The position numbers and the translations under genes are program-made. From positions 20,678 through 84,677 of the forward strand of contig JANRJA010000203.1 in assembly GCA_033764315.1 (NCBI GenBank): a stretch of DNA of 64,000 nt, written 5' to 3'. Every line of letters starts with the position of its first letter. Position 1 is the first letter of the stretch. This document shows positions 36,061 to 45,464 of the stretch, in pieces. The stretch comes from Oculatellaceae cyanobacterium bins.114 (GTDB lineage Bacteria > Cyanobacteriota > Cyanobacteriia > Elainellales > Elainellaceae). Under the pieces are notes generated by a model. It worked only from the letters and a program-made list of their open reading frames with translations, was not told the DNA's origin and ran no database searches.

Positions 36061-36801
36061 ATGATTGAAACCTTCCGACTCTGGCTCTATGGGCTAGAAC
36101 AGTTCGCTAATGGGCAAGTAGCCGCTCAGTTGACTCACCTGACTCCATTAAGTGTGGGGATCATTTTTGTGGCTGGGTTGCTCACCAGTCTCACCCCTTG
36201 CATGTTGTCGATGTTACCGATCACGATTGGCTATATCGGCGGCTATGAGGCAACCAGTCGAGTTCGAGCAGCCGCACAATCGACCTGGTTTTCTCTGGGC
36301 TTGGCAACGACTCTGGCGATATTGGGCATTGTGGCAGCGATCGCAGGCAAGTTATATGGGCAAGTGGGCATAGGTCTACCAATTGTCGTCAGTGTTGTGT
36401 CGATTCTCATGGGACTCAATTTGTTAGAGGCATTGCCCTTACAGTTGCCGTCATTTACTGGGTTAGGGTTCATCCCCCAAAATGCTCCTGAAGGGGTGAG
36501 ATCCTATCTGTTAGGTCTCACCTTTGGATTGGTAGCATCCCCCTGTAGCACCCCAGTATTAGCAACGTTGCTGGCGTGGGTTTCCACCACTCACAATCCC
36601 GTATTAGGAGGGGCCATGCTGCTGTCTTATACGGCGGGTTACGTTGCTCCCCTAATCCTGGCAGGGACGTTTACGGCTTCGATTAAAAAGATTTTAGAGC
36701 TGCGGCGTTGGTCAGGTTGGATCACCCCTACCAGTGGCGCGTTATTGGTCGGATTTGGCGTGTTTTCTCTCCTGTTTCGGCTGTTTCCTACAGGGGTTTA
36801 A
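36061..36801 (+). CDS. ccdA: Cytochrome c biogenesis thiol-disulfide transporter CcdA
   Basis: 246-aa polytopic protein with conserved Cys motifs LTPCMLSMLP and ASPCSTPVLA. Confidence 0.85.
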   Translation: MIETFRLWLYGLEQFANGQVAAQLTHLTPLSVGIIFVAGLLTSLTPCMLSMLPITIGYIGGYEATSRVRAAAQSTWFSLGLATTLAILGIVAAIAGKLYGQVGIGLPIVVSVVSILMGLNLLEALPLQLPSFTGLGFIPQNAPEGVRSYLLGLTFGLVASPCSTPVLATLLAWVSTTHNPVLGGAMLLSYTAGYVAPLILAGTFTASIKKILELRRWSGWITPTSGALLVGFGVFSLLFRLFPTGV

Positions 36802-36861
36802 CGAAATTTCAATTCCAACGGACGCAATGAATCGCTTTCTTCCACACTTAAAATTCAGTAC

Positions 36862-36881
36862 AGACGCGATTAATCGCGTCT
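36862..36881. repeat. Perfect 20-nt palindrome AGACGCGATTAATCGCGTCT
   Basis: Read directly in the ccdA-ccs1 spacer. A degenerate half-copy, GACGCAATGAATCGC, lies ~40 nt upstream. Confidence 0.9.
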
Positions 36882-36911
36882 CTTCGGCTCAAAATTTCTA
36901 ACTGCCTCTCC

Positions 36912-38306
36912 ATGATTCCAGACACTCCAGAGACTCCAACCCCATCCCGTCTGTCTAGCTTCAACCAGTTGATTCAGCATTACTTTCAAAAAGAATTGCT
37001 GCCTCTTCTGGCAGACTTACGGTTAGCGATTTTGTTGCTGTTGGCGATCGCCATTTTTAGTATCTCTGGCACGGTCATTGAGCAGGGCGAAACCCTGGAA
37101 TTTTATCAAACCAACTACCCCGAACACCCAGCCCTGTTTGGCTTTCTCACCTGGAAGCTGATTTTGATGGTGGGGCTAGACCACGTCTATCGCACCTGGT
37201 GGTTTCTGGCTTTGTTGATTTTGTTTGGCTCTAGCTTGACGGCTTGCACATTTACCCGCCAGTTTCCAACGCTGAAGTCGGCACAACGCTGGAGCTATTA
37301 CACCCAACCCCGACAATTTGAGAAGCTGGCATTGAGTGCTGAATTGCCGGATGGCTCTGTGGATGCCGTATTGCCGCTGTTGGCGGGTAAACGCTATCGC
37401 ACCTATCACGAGGGAGACACGATTTACGCCCGCAAGGGCATTGCCGGACGGATTGGGCCAATTATCGTTCATGCCAGCATGTTGATTATTTTGGCAGGGT
37501 CGATTTTAGGAGCCATGACAGGCTTTTTTGCCCAAGAGATGGTGCCCAGCTACGAAACCTTTAAGGTGCAACACGTCTTTGATGCGGGGCCGTGGGCAGC
37601 GGCTCAGATTCCCAAAGATTGGTCTGCAAAGGTCAATCGGTTTTGGATTGATTACACCCCTAACGGCACGATTGACCAGTTTTATTCTGACCTCTCCATC
37701 CTGGATGCAGAAGGCAATGAAGTAAAACGCAAAACCATTCATGTGAATGAGCCATTGCGCTATCACGGGGTGACTTTATATCAAGCCGATTGGGCGATCG
37801 CCGCTGTGCGAGTGCGGTTTAACAACAGCCCAGTGCTGCAATTGCCAATGGCAAAACTGGACGTTGGCAGTGGGCGGGTCTGGGGCACCTGGATTCCGAC
37901 CAAGCCGGATCTGAGCGAAGGTGTCTCGTTATTAGCCAAAGATCTCCAGGGCACGGTCTTGATCTACGATAACAACGGCAATCTGCTCTCAACTGTGCGC
38001 GAAGGGATGACCCTTGAGGTCAATGGCGTAACGCTCTCAGTGGTTGAGTTGATCGGCAGCACCGGGTTGCAAATTAAGGCAGATCCTGGCATTCCCATTG
38101 TCTATTTGGGGTTTGGATTGCTGATGCTGGGAGTCGCCATGAGTTATGTCTCTCATTCCCAGATTTGGGCATTGCAATCGGGCGATCGCCTTTACATTGG
38201 AGGCAGAACGAATCGAGCACAGGTTGTGTTTGAGCGCGAAATGCTGGACATTTTAGATCAGCTTGACCATCCTTTGAATTCCTCTCAACCCACCCAACCA
38301 TCATGA
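36912..38306 (+). CDS. ccs1: System II cytochrome c biogenesis protein Ccs1/ResB
   Basis: 464 aa. N-terminal TM helices, a large soluble loop and a C-terminal TM with VSHSQIW. Located directly downstream of ccdA. Confidence 0.85.
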   Translation: MIPDTPETPTPSRLSSFNQLIQHYFQKELLPLLADLRLAILLLLAIAIFSISGTVIEQGETLEFYQTNYPEHPALFGFLTWKLILMVGLDHVYRTWWFLALLILFGSSLTACTFTRQFPTLKSAQRWSYYTQPRQFEKLALSAELPDGSVDAVLPLLAGKRYRTYHEGDTIYARKGIAGRIGPIIVHASMLIILAGSILGAMTGFFAQEMVPSYETFKVQHVFDAGPWAAAQIPKDWSAKVNRFWIDYTPNGTIDQFYSDLSILDAEGNEVKRKTIHVNEPLRYHGVTLYQADWAIAAVRVRFNNSPVLQLPMAKLDVGSGRVWGTWIPTKPDLSEGVSLLAKDLQGTVLIYDNNGNLLSTVREGMTLEVNGVTLSVVELIGSTGLQIKADPGIPIVYLGFGLLMLGVAMSYVSHSQIWALQSGDRLYIGGRTNRAQVVFEREMLDILDQLDHPLNSSQPTQPS

Positions 38307-38911
38307 CCAACCCTGATCCCGAGATTCGCCGTTTAATCGAGTTAATGCCTGCATCAGGGCGAATGCACTGCAAACTCGTCAGCAAACCAGAGCAATCCAC
38401 TGTGATCACCGCTGAGTTTCCGGTGCCCTGGAAACAAACTCGCCCAATTGTGATTAACTTTGACCTGTGGCGAGAAATGCCTCGTCCGCAGCGAGATTTA
38501 GTGCTGTTGCGAACGGTGAGTTGGCTGATGTCTGTTAAGTGGCTAAAGATTAATCCTGCTAGTGGGTTAGTCGCCGCTGGTGTGGTCGGCACCGTGTTTG
38601 AGCTGGTACAAGTTGACATGGTGGGGGCGATCGCCGCTGGAGCACTGACCACCCTCGCAGGCTTGCAAGTCTGGCGCAGCCACCGCAGCACCCAACGCGA
38701 ACTAGAAGCCGACGAAGCCGCTGTGCAGATAGCATTGCGACGCGGATATTCTGAGTCAGACGCCGCACGGCACTTGCTCAGCGCAATCGAAGCCATTGCC
38801 CGCATTGAGGAACGCCCCGGCACCTTTACCGAACTCGTGCGCTGTCAAAACCTCAAAGCGATCGCTGGGTTATCTCCCGTGGGTGTGCCCCAATCAGTGC
38901 GGAGCGAGTAA
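38303..38911 (+). CDS. Conserved cyanobacterial hypothetical protein (DUF3318-like)
   Basis: 202 aa. [15 protein letters not shown] start block and a central hydrophobic hairpin. Its ATG overlaps the ccs1 stop (ATGA). The family name is from memory only. Confidence 0.55.
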   Translation: MTNPDPEIRRLIELMPASGRMHCKLVSKPEQSTVITAEFPVPWKQTRPIVINFDLWREMPRPQRDLVLLRTVSWLMSVKWLKINPASGLVAAGVVGTVFELVQVDMVGAIAAGALTTLAGLQVWRSHRSTQRELEADEAAVQIALRRGYSESDAARHLLSAIEAIARIEERPGTFTELVRCQNLKAIAGLSPVGVPQSVRSE

Positions 38912-39185
38912 GTAAGAAACAATAAAAAAGAAGAGAAAAAATGAATCTAATACCGATCTAAACGGATTTTTGGGCAGATCAAAGTTTAGGAGGGGCTTGG
39001 CAGTGTCAAGCCCGTACCAGGATCTGTCGCGTTTACAATTCAAATTGGTATGCTGACGACATAGGAGAGCATATCCAGTTTTTTTGGATCAGCCCAAGGG
39101 TTGTCGTCACTCATCTTGCCTTCTGAATTAGCAATACGTAACGCGATTGATAACCGCATCCTAGCCATTAACCCTCTTCTTTTTT

Positions 39186-39213
39186 CATCCTTTAGCCTTC
39201 ATCCTTTAGCCTT
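39186..39213. repeat. Exact 14-nt tandem duplication CATCCTTTAGCCTT x2
   Basis: Read directly. The same 14-mer occurs as a reverse complement at ~59201-59214. Confidence 0.9.
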
Positions 39214-39355
39214 TTCTATTCTCAACTTCCCTTTTTTTATGCTTAAAGAGCAGTCAAAACAGAACATTTAATGCGATAAATAAGCCAAGGCTCGACAACA
39301 TCATCCATCGACAAAGGCAACAAGGGATTTGTATCCCTTGGAGTATGGTCACTTC

Positions 39356-42300
39356 ATGGTTCTCAGTTTCGACCGATCCAATCTACTGCGAGGAGTTGCC
39401 CAAGCTACCAGTCAACTCCTGACCAGCAGCGACTTTACGATCGCCATTCACAATGCCCTCGCGACACTAGGGCAGGTGACTCAAGTCGATCGCATCTACA
39501 TTTGTGATATTCATCCCCATCCCCTAACTGGAGAACCAGCATCAAGTCAGCAGTTTGAGTGGGTGCATGAGTCAGTTCCGGCGTTGATCGATAACCCCAA
39601 CCTACAAGATTGGACGTTTACCGTTGGTCGGTTTATCGACTGGCTCAAGACATTACAGGCCGGAGAGACGGTCAGTTGCATCATCCGAGAACTATGCCCG
39701 GATGAGTTAGACCATATGCCCGTTCAGGATGTCTACTCTATTTTGATCGTCCCTATTTTTGTCAACGGCAACCTGTGGGGCTTCATTGGGTTTGATGATT
39801 GCAACCGCGAGCGTCAGTGGTCTAAAGACGAAGAAGCCGTCTTGCAAACGATGGCAGCTAGCATTGGTGGGGCGATCGCCCGTCAACAGGTTGAAATGGC
39901 TTTGCGGCAAAGCGAAGCCCAACTCCAACGGATCACCGCCAATGTTCCAGGCATGATCTATCAGTTTTTGTTAAAGCCCGATGGCACCCGACAAGTTTTG
40001 TTTGCCAGTTCTGGTTGCCAAGAATTGCTGGAATTATCGCCAGAGTTCATTCAGAGCGACTTTTGCCACATTGCCGATCTGTGTCACCCAGACGATCGCC
40101 TGGGGTTTGAGCAATCTGTCACTCACTCTAGTAACACGATGCAGCCCTGGAATTGGGAAGGACGAATTATCACAGCATCAGGAGAATTAAAATGGCTCCA
40201 GGGATTTTCACGTCCAGAGCGGTTATCGAATGGCAATCTCTTATGGGATGGGGTGCTGGTTGATATCACCGAGCGCAAGCGAGTTGAGGAAGCCTCCCGT
40301 CACAGTGAGTTGCGCTATCGAGCCATGTTGGATGCTAGCCCAGATTTAATGTTTCGGCTAAGCATGAATGGTCGATATCTCGACTTTAAAGGCAGTCGCG
40401 AAACCGATATGCCCCGTGAGGTGATCGTCGGGCAATATTTACATGATGTGTTGCCCCTCGATGTCGCAGAGTTAGCCTTGCAAACCATTCGCAAAACCCT
40501 AGCAACAGGCGAGTTGCAAATCTGTGAATATCAACTCCTCAATGACAAGGGTTGGCGCGATTATGAAGCCCGTCTGGTTGTCAGCGGTAAAGATGAGGTG
40601 CTTGCAGTAGTGCGCGATGTCACCGATCGCAAACAAGTTGAGGCAGAGTTACGGGCTAGCGAAGAGCGTCTTCAAAGCTTTTTTGAAGCCACCTCTGAGG
40701 CGGTGATCATCCATGATTTTGACCAAATTTTAGACGTCAACCCCTCCGCAGAAGCGATGGTGGGCTATAGTTGCCAAGAACTAATTGGCATGCCTGTTCT
40801 CGATCTGGTGGCTCCTGACTTTCGAGAGGGGGTAATCCAAGAATGGCGATCGCTCACCTCTCCCGATCAACCCTACTATTACGAAAGTGTCGGCATTCGC
40901 AAAAACGGCTCGACCTTTTTAGCCTCGGTGTGTGCCAAAGCTCTGTTTTATCGAGGACGCCAAGTGCGGGTTGCGGGCATTCGCGATATTACAGAACGCA
41001 AACAAGCCGAAGCCGCTATTCTGCAAAGTGAAGCTCGTAATCGGGCGTTGGTCAATGCCATTCCTGACTTGATGTTTTTGATTCATCGCGATGGCACCTA
41101 CCTAGATTGCAAAGTAGACGACGATAACACCTCCCTGTTACCTGCCCATGAGCTGATTGGACGGACAGTCTATGATGTCTTGCCGCCGGACTTAGCCCAG
41201 CAACGCATGGCCTACATCGAGCAAGCACTCAAAACAGGTAAAATGCAACGCTTTGAGTATCAGCTACATCTCGATGGCAGCGATCGCGCTAGTTCTCTTT
41301 ACCGTTCAATCAGTCCCAATTTGTCTCCGACAACCACAGACGAGGCTCATATCCGCGACTATGAAGCACGAGTCGTGGTCAGTGGAGAAGATGAAGCCTT
41401 AGCGATCGTGCGAGATATTACGGAACGCAAACGCTCTGAAGCCGCCCTGCAAACCTCTGAAGAAAAATTTTCTAAAGCGTTTCGCTCTAGCCCCAATCCT
41501 ATGACGATCGCCACCTTGCACGAGGGTCTCCTGATTGAGGTAAATGATAGCTATATCGAAACCTTAGGGTATTCCCGCGAAGAGTCATTGGGAAAAACTG
41601 CCCATGATTTGCAGTTGTGGGTCAACCGCAGCGATCGCGATCAAGTGGTGCACCTTTTAACCCAACATGGATCAGTGCGGAGCTTAGAGTTTCTCTTTCG
41701 GGTTAAGTCAGGCGACATTCGCATTGGGCTATTCTCAGCAGAAATCATTCAAATCGAGGATGAGATGTGTCTGATCGATTCCATCATCGACATCACCGAA
41801 CGCCAACGCTCTGAAGAACGGGATCGGCTGCTGGCAGAAATTGCCCTGCGGATTCACCAATCGCTTGATCTGCAACAAATTTTCAACACCACCGTGGCCG
41901 AGGTGCGCCAATTTCTGCAAGCCGATCGGGTGTTTATTGGGCAATTTGATGTTTCAGGCAACGGGCATGTGGTGGCTGAGTCAGGCAACCCCAATTTTTC
42001 GTCAGTACGCGATTGGGTGATTGATCAAGCGGCTTATGAAGAAATTAAAACCGTGTATCTTCAGGGCAGTTTTATCATTAATGACGTCACCCAAATTGAC
42101 CTGCCACCGAGTGCTAAACATGCCTTTGAGCACTATCAGACCCGCGCCACATTAGGGGTGCCGATCGTCTCAGAAGGTCGATTGTTTGGGGCAATCGTAG
42201 CCCACCAATGTGGGGTTCCCCGTGAGTGGCAAGCCTTTGAAGTGAACTTAATGGAACAATTGGCCACCCAAGTGGCGATCGCCATTCAACAGGCACAACT

Positions 42301-43120
42301 GTATCAGCAAGTGCAAGACCTCAACACTGGACTCGAACAACAAGTAGCCGATCGCACTGCTCAGTTGCAGCAAAAAATGCAGGAACTGCAAGATCTCAAC
42401 GACCTAAAAGACGAGTTTCTCAATGCTTTCTCCCACGACTTAAAAACCCCGGTCATGGGCATTTCTCTAGTGCTCAAAAATTTGCTGAATCAAGCAGGGG
42501 ATCCGATGCCGATTTCGCGCTCTATTTTAGAACGCATGATGCAGAGCAGCGAGCACCAACTGCACTTGATTACCTCTCTGTTGCAAGCGCACTCCAGTGA
42601 AACCAGAGGCGTGACGTTGCATTATGAACTGGTGCAACTGAGCCTGTTGACCCAAGTGATCGTTGAAGATCTAGAACCCATCATTCTCAAAAATCAAGCC
42701 ACGTTTACTAATCAAGTACCCCCCAACTTGCCGCTGGTCAATGCTGACCCCGTGCATCTGCGGCGGGTGTTTGAAAATTTGATTACGAATGCGTTGCACC
42801 ATAACCCCCCCGGCATTCACATCACCCTCGATGCCACCTCAGAAGAAGAGATGGTGCGCTTTACGCTACATGACACGGGCATGGGCATGACTAAGGACGT
42901 GTGCGATCGCCTCTTTCAACGCTATACCCGTGGTCCAAAGTCACGGCATTCCACTGGAATTGGCTTGGGGCTATATCTCTGTCGCCAAATCATCACCGCT
43001 CACGGCGGCGAAATCGGAGCCTATAGCACTCCAGGTCAGGGGTCAACCTTTTGGCTGACACTACCTTTGGCGATTCCTTCAGTTGCTCAACCTAATGCGG
43101 CGCGACAGGATGAAGCATAG
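39356..43120 (+). CDS. Multi-sensor histidine kinase (GAF - 5 x PAS - GAF - HisKA - HATPase)
   Basis: Start moved to ATG 39356 (track TTG 39329 sits inside a hairpin). Five PAS modules each end in a (V/I).D(I/V)T(E/D)R(K/Q) junction. H-box FSHDLKTP, N-box NALHHNPPG, G-boxes HDTGMGM and GIGLGL. No receiver domain. Confidence 0.9.
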   Translation: MVLSFDRSNLLRGVAQATSQLLTSSDFTIAIHNALATLGQVTQVDRIYICDIHPHPLTGEPASSQQFEWVHESVPALIDNPNLQDWTFTVGRFIDWLKTLQAGETVSCIIRELCPDELDHMPVQDVYSILIVPIFVNGNLWGFIGFDDCNRERQWSKDEEAVLQTMAASIGGAIARQQVEMALRQSEAQLQRITANVPGMIYQFLLKPDGTRQVLFASSGCQELLELSPEFIQSDFCHIADLCHPDDRLGFEQSVTHSSNTMQPWNWEGRIITASGELKWLQGFSRPERLSNGNLLWDGVLVDITERKRVEEASRHSELRYRAMLDASPDLMFRLSMNGRYLDFKGSRETDMPREVIVGQYLHDVLPLDVAELALQTIRKTLATGELQICEYQLLNDKGWRDYEARLVVSGKDEVLAVVRDVTDRKQVEAELRASEERLQSFFEATSEAVIIHDFDQILDVNPSAEAMVGYSCQELIGMPVLDLVAPDFREGVIQEWRSLTSPDQPYYYESVGIRKNGSTFLASVCAKALFYRGRQVRVAGIRDITERKQAEAAILQSEARNRALVNAIPDLMFLIHRDGTYLDCKVDDDNTSLLPAHELIGRTVYDVLPPDLAQQRMAYIEQALKTGKMQRFEYQLHLDGSDRASSLYRSISPNLSPTTTDEAHIRDYEARVVVSGEDEALAIVRDITERKRSEAALQTSEEKFSKAFRSSPNPMTIATLHEGLLIEVNDSYIETLGYSREESLGKTAHDLQLWVNRSDRDQVVHLLTQHGSVRSLEFLFRVKSGDIRIGLFSAEIIQIEDEMCLIDSIIDITERQRSEERDRLLAEIALRIHQSLDLQQIFNTTVAEVRQFLQADRVFIGQFDVSGNGHVVAESGNPNFSSVRDWVIDQAAYEEIKTVYLQGSFIINDVTQIDLPPSAKHAFEHYQTRATLGVPIVSEGRLFGAIVAHQCGVPREWQAFEVNLMEQLATQVAIAIQQAQLYQQVQDLNTGLEQQVADRTAQLQQKMQELQDLNDLKDEFLNAFSHDLKTPVMGISLVLKNLLNQAGDPMPISRSILERMMQSSEHQLHLITSLLQAHSSETRGVTLHYELVQLSLLTQVIVEDLEPIILKNQATFTNQVPPNLPLVNADPVHLRRVFENLITNALHHNPPGIHITLDATSEEEMVRFTLHDTGMGMTKDVCDRLFQRYTRGPKSRHSTGIGLGLYLCRQIITAHGGEIGAYSTPGQGSTFWLTLPLAIPSVAQPNAARQDEA

Positions 43121-43292
43121 GAAGCCAGGGAAGTGGGTAGCAGGCTTCCGCCATCTGCAAGGAAGGGTTAGAAGCACACCTCAATCCCCTGAGTTAAGGT
43201 TGAGCGATTAACATTTCAGAAATGGCGAGACCTGACGTGAATTAAATGGTAGAGATTTAGCCATGACACATGCAACATGTGTTTAGACGGGT

Positions 43293-43907
43293 ATGTTAAA
43301 TGTTCAAATCCGCCGATCGCACCCGGACGATTTAGACAAAATTCTTGAAGTCCAGACCGCTGCGCTGAGAGCCTTATCGTTTACCTACGATTCTACTCAG
43401 GTGGAGTCTCTCGTGCGGAGTCAGGCAACAGCTCGAACAGCAGAAGACGAAATCAGGGTGATTGCAGAATATGAGGGAGAATTGATTGGATATGCCGCAA
43501 TTATGGCGTTGAAGCCTCAGATTTCTGGGATCTATGTCGATCCGAGATTTGTCAGGCAAGGAGTAGGCAGCCAACTACTAGAGGCGATTGAGCACATTGG
43601 GATTGAGCGTGGATATGCCATCGTGAACGTTATCTCATCCCTGGCAACAGTCGATTTTTACAAAGCTAGAGGATACCAAAATCCTTTGACAACTGGTTTT
43701 TATTCAGAGCAAAAGCATTGGATCCGCTGTGTCAGCTTGCAAAAACAACTGATCAACATCCCAAAAGTTAAACGGTGGCGTCAACATTCCCATCGCTGGC
43801 TGAGTGGGCTAAAAGCAATCATGGTTTGGCTCCTGTTTCAAGTAGCCGTCATAGCGATCGCCTCTCTCGTTCTGTTTCTGATCTTTGCTATCCTCGTTCT
43901 CTTTTGA
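43293..43907 (+). CDS. GNAT-family acetyltransferase with C-terminal membrane anchor
   Basis: 204 aa. Motif A VRQGVGSQLL. C-terminal hydrophobic tail IMVWLLFQVAVIAIASLVLFLIFAILVLF. Confidence 0.7.
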   Translation: MLNVQIRRSHPDDLDKILEVQTAALRALSFTYDSTQVESLVRSQATARTAEDEIRVIAEYEGELIGYAAIMALKPQISGIYVDPRFVRQGVGSQLLEAIEHIGIERGYAIVNVISSLATVDFYKARGYQNPLTTGFYSEQKHWIRCVSLQKQLINIPKVKRWRQHSHRWLSGLKAIMVWLLFQVAVIAIASLVLFLIFAILVLF

Positions 43908-44079
43908 GATTGCCATTCTTGGCGGCACCCCTATCTATAAACCTTGCCCCATAAATAAAGCTTCACAACAATATTCTGGTTTTTGCCCAACAGTAGTGGT
44001 AGTACAAAATGAATCCATCAAGATGGGCAGAAGACTGAGTGTAATCCCAATCCGGCTGATGCAATATCACCCAAGAATC

Positions 44080-44131
44080 GGTTAGAACGGGGTGCACCCC
44101 TGGCTAGGGCTTTGCCCCCAAACCTCCTCAG
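44080..44131. repeat. GC-rich double-hairpin dispersed repeat (copy of 19825-19893)
   Basis: GGTTAGAACGGGGTGCACCCCTGGCTAGGGCTTTGCCCCCAAACCTCCTCAG. It is followed by the perfect palindrome CAACTGTC-tt-GACAGTTG at 44134-44151. Confidence 0.8.
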
Positions 44132-44264
44132 ATCAACTGTCTTGACAGTTGCTATAGCGACATCAGGAGAGTCAAACCAAATAATTTTGTGTAAGCAATT
44201 TAATCGCCTCTGTTAAGTGGGCAAACTAAAAACACGAACAATCCTTACTGGACTGGAGTAATCC

Positions 44265-45317
44265 ATGAAGATCCTTGAGCAAACCCCCGATCGGTTGGTT
44301 CTGCGCCATCGTCCCTTAGGGTGGTGGATAGCAGGTGGTATATTTGCTCTCGTGGGTTTGCTGATTACCCTCTCAGGAGAACAGTCCACTCTGCGCTGCG
44401 ATCGCATTCAACCCACTCAAGGAACCTGTCAACTCAGCCACAAAAGACTCCTCAGTTTTTCCTCTCGCACCCTGCCTCTAGAGGTGATTGAGGGTGCAAC
44501 GGTCAATGTCACCTCCATTCAAAAGACAGATCACTACACGGTCATCTTGCAAACCCAAACCGAAACGATTGGATGGGGCGAGCTCTCGACTGATCGCCCT
44601 AGCACAGAAGCGATCGCGGCCCAAATCAATGCATTTCTCAATAACCCTAACGAAACCACGTTACTCGTTCAACAAGATGGACGCCTAAACCTTTTACCCG
44701 GTGGCAGTCTTGTGGTTGTTATTGGGGTTAGCTTGATCATCTTTGCCACCACCAGCAAGTGTGTCTTTGACAAACCAAAAGGCAGCGTCTGGATTCACCA
44801 TCAACGGCTTTTTCACACTCAAACCGTGACTTGTCCTCTAGACGAGATTGAAAGGGCTAGACTGTCAAAATCGACATCGCGTAGCAAAGGTAAGACTGTT
44901 CATGAATCGCGCATTGTGCTTGTGCTCAAGTCAGACAAGTTATTGCCCTTGACCTCCAGTTACATGGCCAATCACAAAAGCCAGCAACATCTTTTAGAAC
45001 AAATTCTGGTATTTTTAGCCTCGGCTCAGACTCACTCCTCTAGCCCATCAGAGGTTGATTTGATCAGCCATTTGCCCAGTCCCTCCTTGCTCAGAGAACA
45101 AAAAGCGATCGCCCAGTTAAAAGCGATCGCCCAACATAATCCAAACGATGCTGACGCCCACTATCGCTTGGGAATGGCCCTCTATCGCAGTAAGCAGGCT
45201 CAAGCCGCCAGTGAAAGCTTAAACACAGCAAAAGCCTTGTTTACAGCTCAAAACAATGCTCAAAAAGTGATGGAAGTGCAAGAAATATTGTGGGATTTGC
45301 AGCTAGAACCCCGATAG
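44265..45317 (+). CDS. Hypothetical membrane protein with duplicated N-terminal module and C-terminal TPR-like region
   Basis: 350 aa. Two hydrophobic spans, each followed by a similar ~60-aa segment (TLRCDRIQPTQGTCQL...LPLEVIEGA / KCVFDKPKGSVWIH...CPLDEIERA). C-terminal DADAHYRLGMALYRSKQ. Confidence 0.6.
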   Translation: MKILEQTPDRLVLRHRPLGWWIAGGIFALVGLLITLSGEQSTLRCDRIQPTQGTCQLSHKRLLSFSSRTLPLEVIEGATVNVTSIQKTDHYTVILQTQTETIGWGELSTDRPSTEAIAAQINAFLNNPNETTLLVQQDGRLNLLPGGSLVVVIGVSLIIFATTSKCVFDKPKGSVWIHHQRLFHTQTVTCPLDEIERARLSKSTSRSKGKTVHESRIVLVLKSDKLLPLTSSYMANHKSQQHLLEQILVFLASAQTHSSSPSEVDLISHLPSPSLLREQKAIAQLKAIAQHNPNDADAHYRLGMALYRSKQAQAASESLNTAKALFTAQNNAQKVMEVQEILWDLQLEPR

Positions 45318-45334
45318 GGAGAGGCGATCGCCAT

Positions 45335-45358
45335 CCTCTTTCAAAAGCTTGAAAGAGG
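45335..45358. terminator. Perfect 10-bp hairpin between convergent genes
   Basis: CCTCTTTCAA-aagc-TTGAAAGAGG, 18 nt after the stop at 45315-45317. Confidence 0.6.
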
Positions 45359-45464
45359 GGCAAAGCATTTGCCTCCAGATCGAGAGTGTCAAATCTAGAT
45401 TGATCGTGCAAATACTCTACCCCTAAACCCTAGATGCTGTTTAGATCAGATCTAAAGAGGCACT

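Noticed and set aside
38074-38823. 249-aa minus-strand ORF antisense to the ccs1 / DUF3318-like junction
   Set aside because: It lies antisense to two well-supported genes. The product is Ala/Ser/Arg-rich low-complexity sequence, typical of open antisense frames in GC-biased codon usage.
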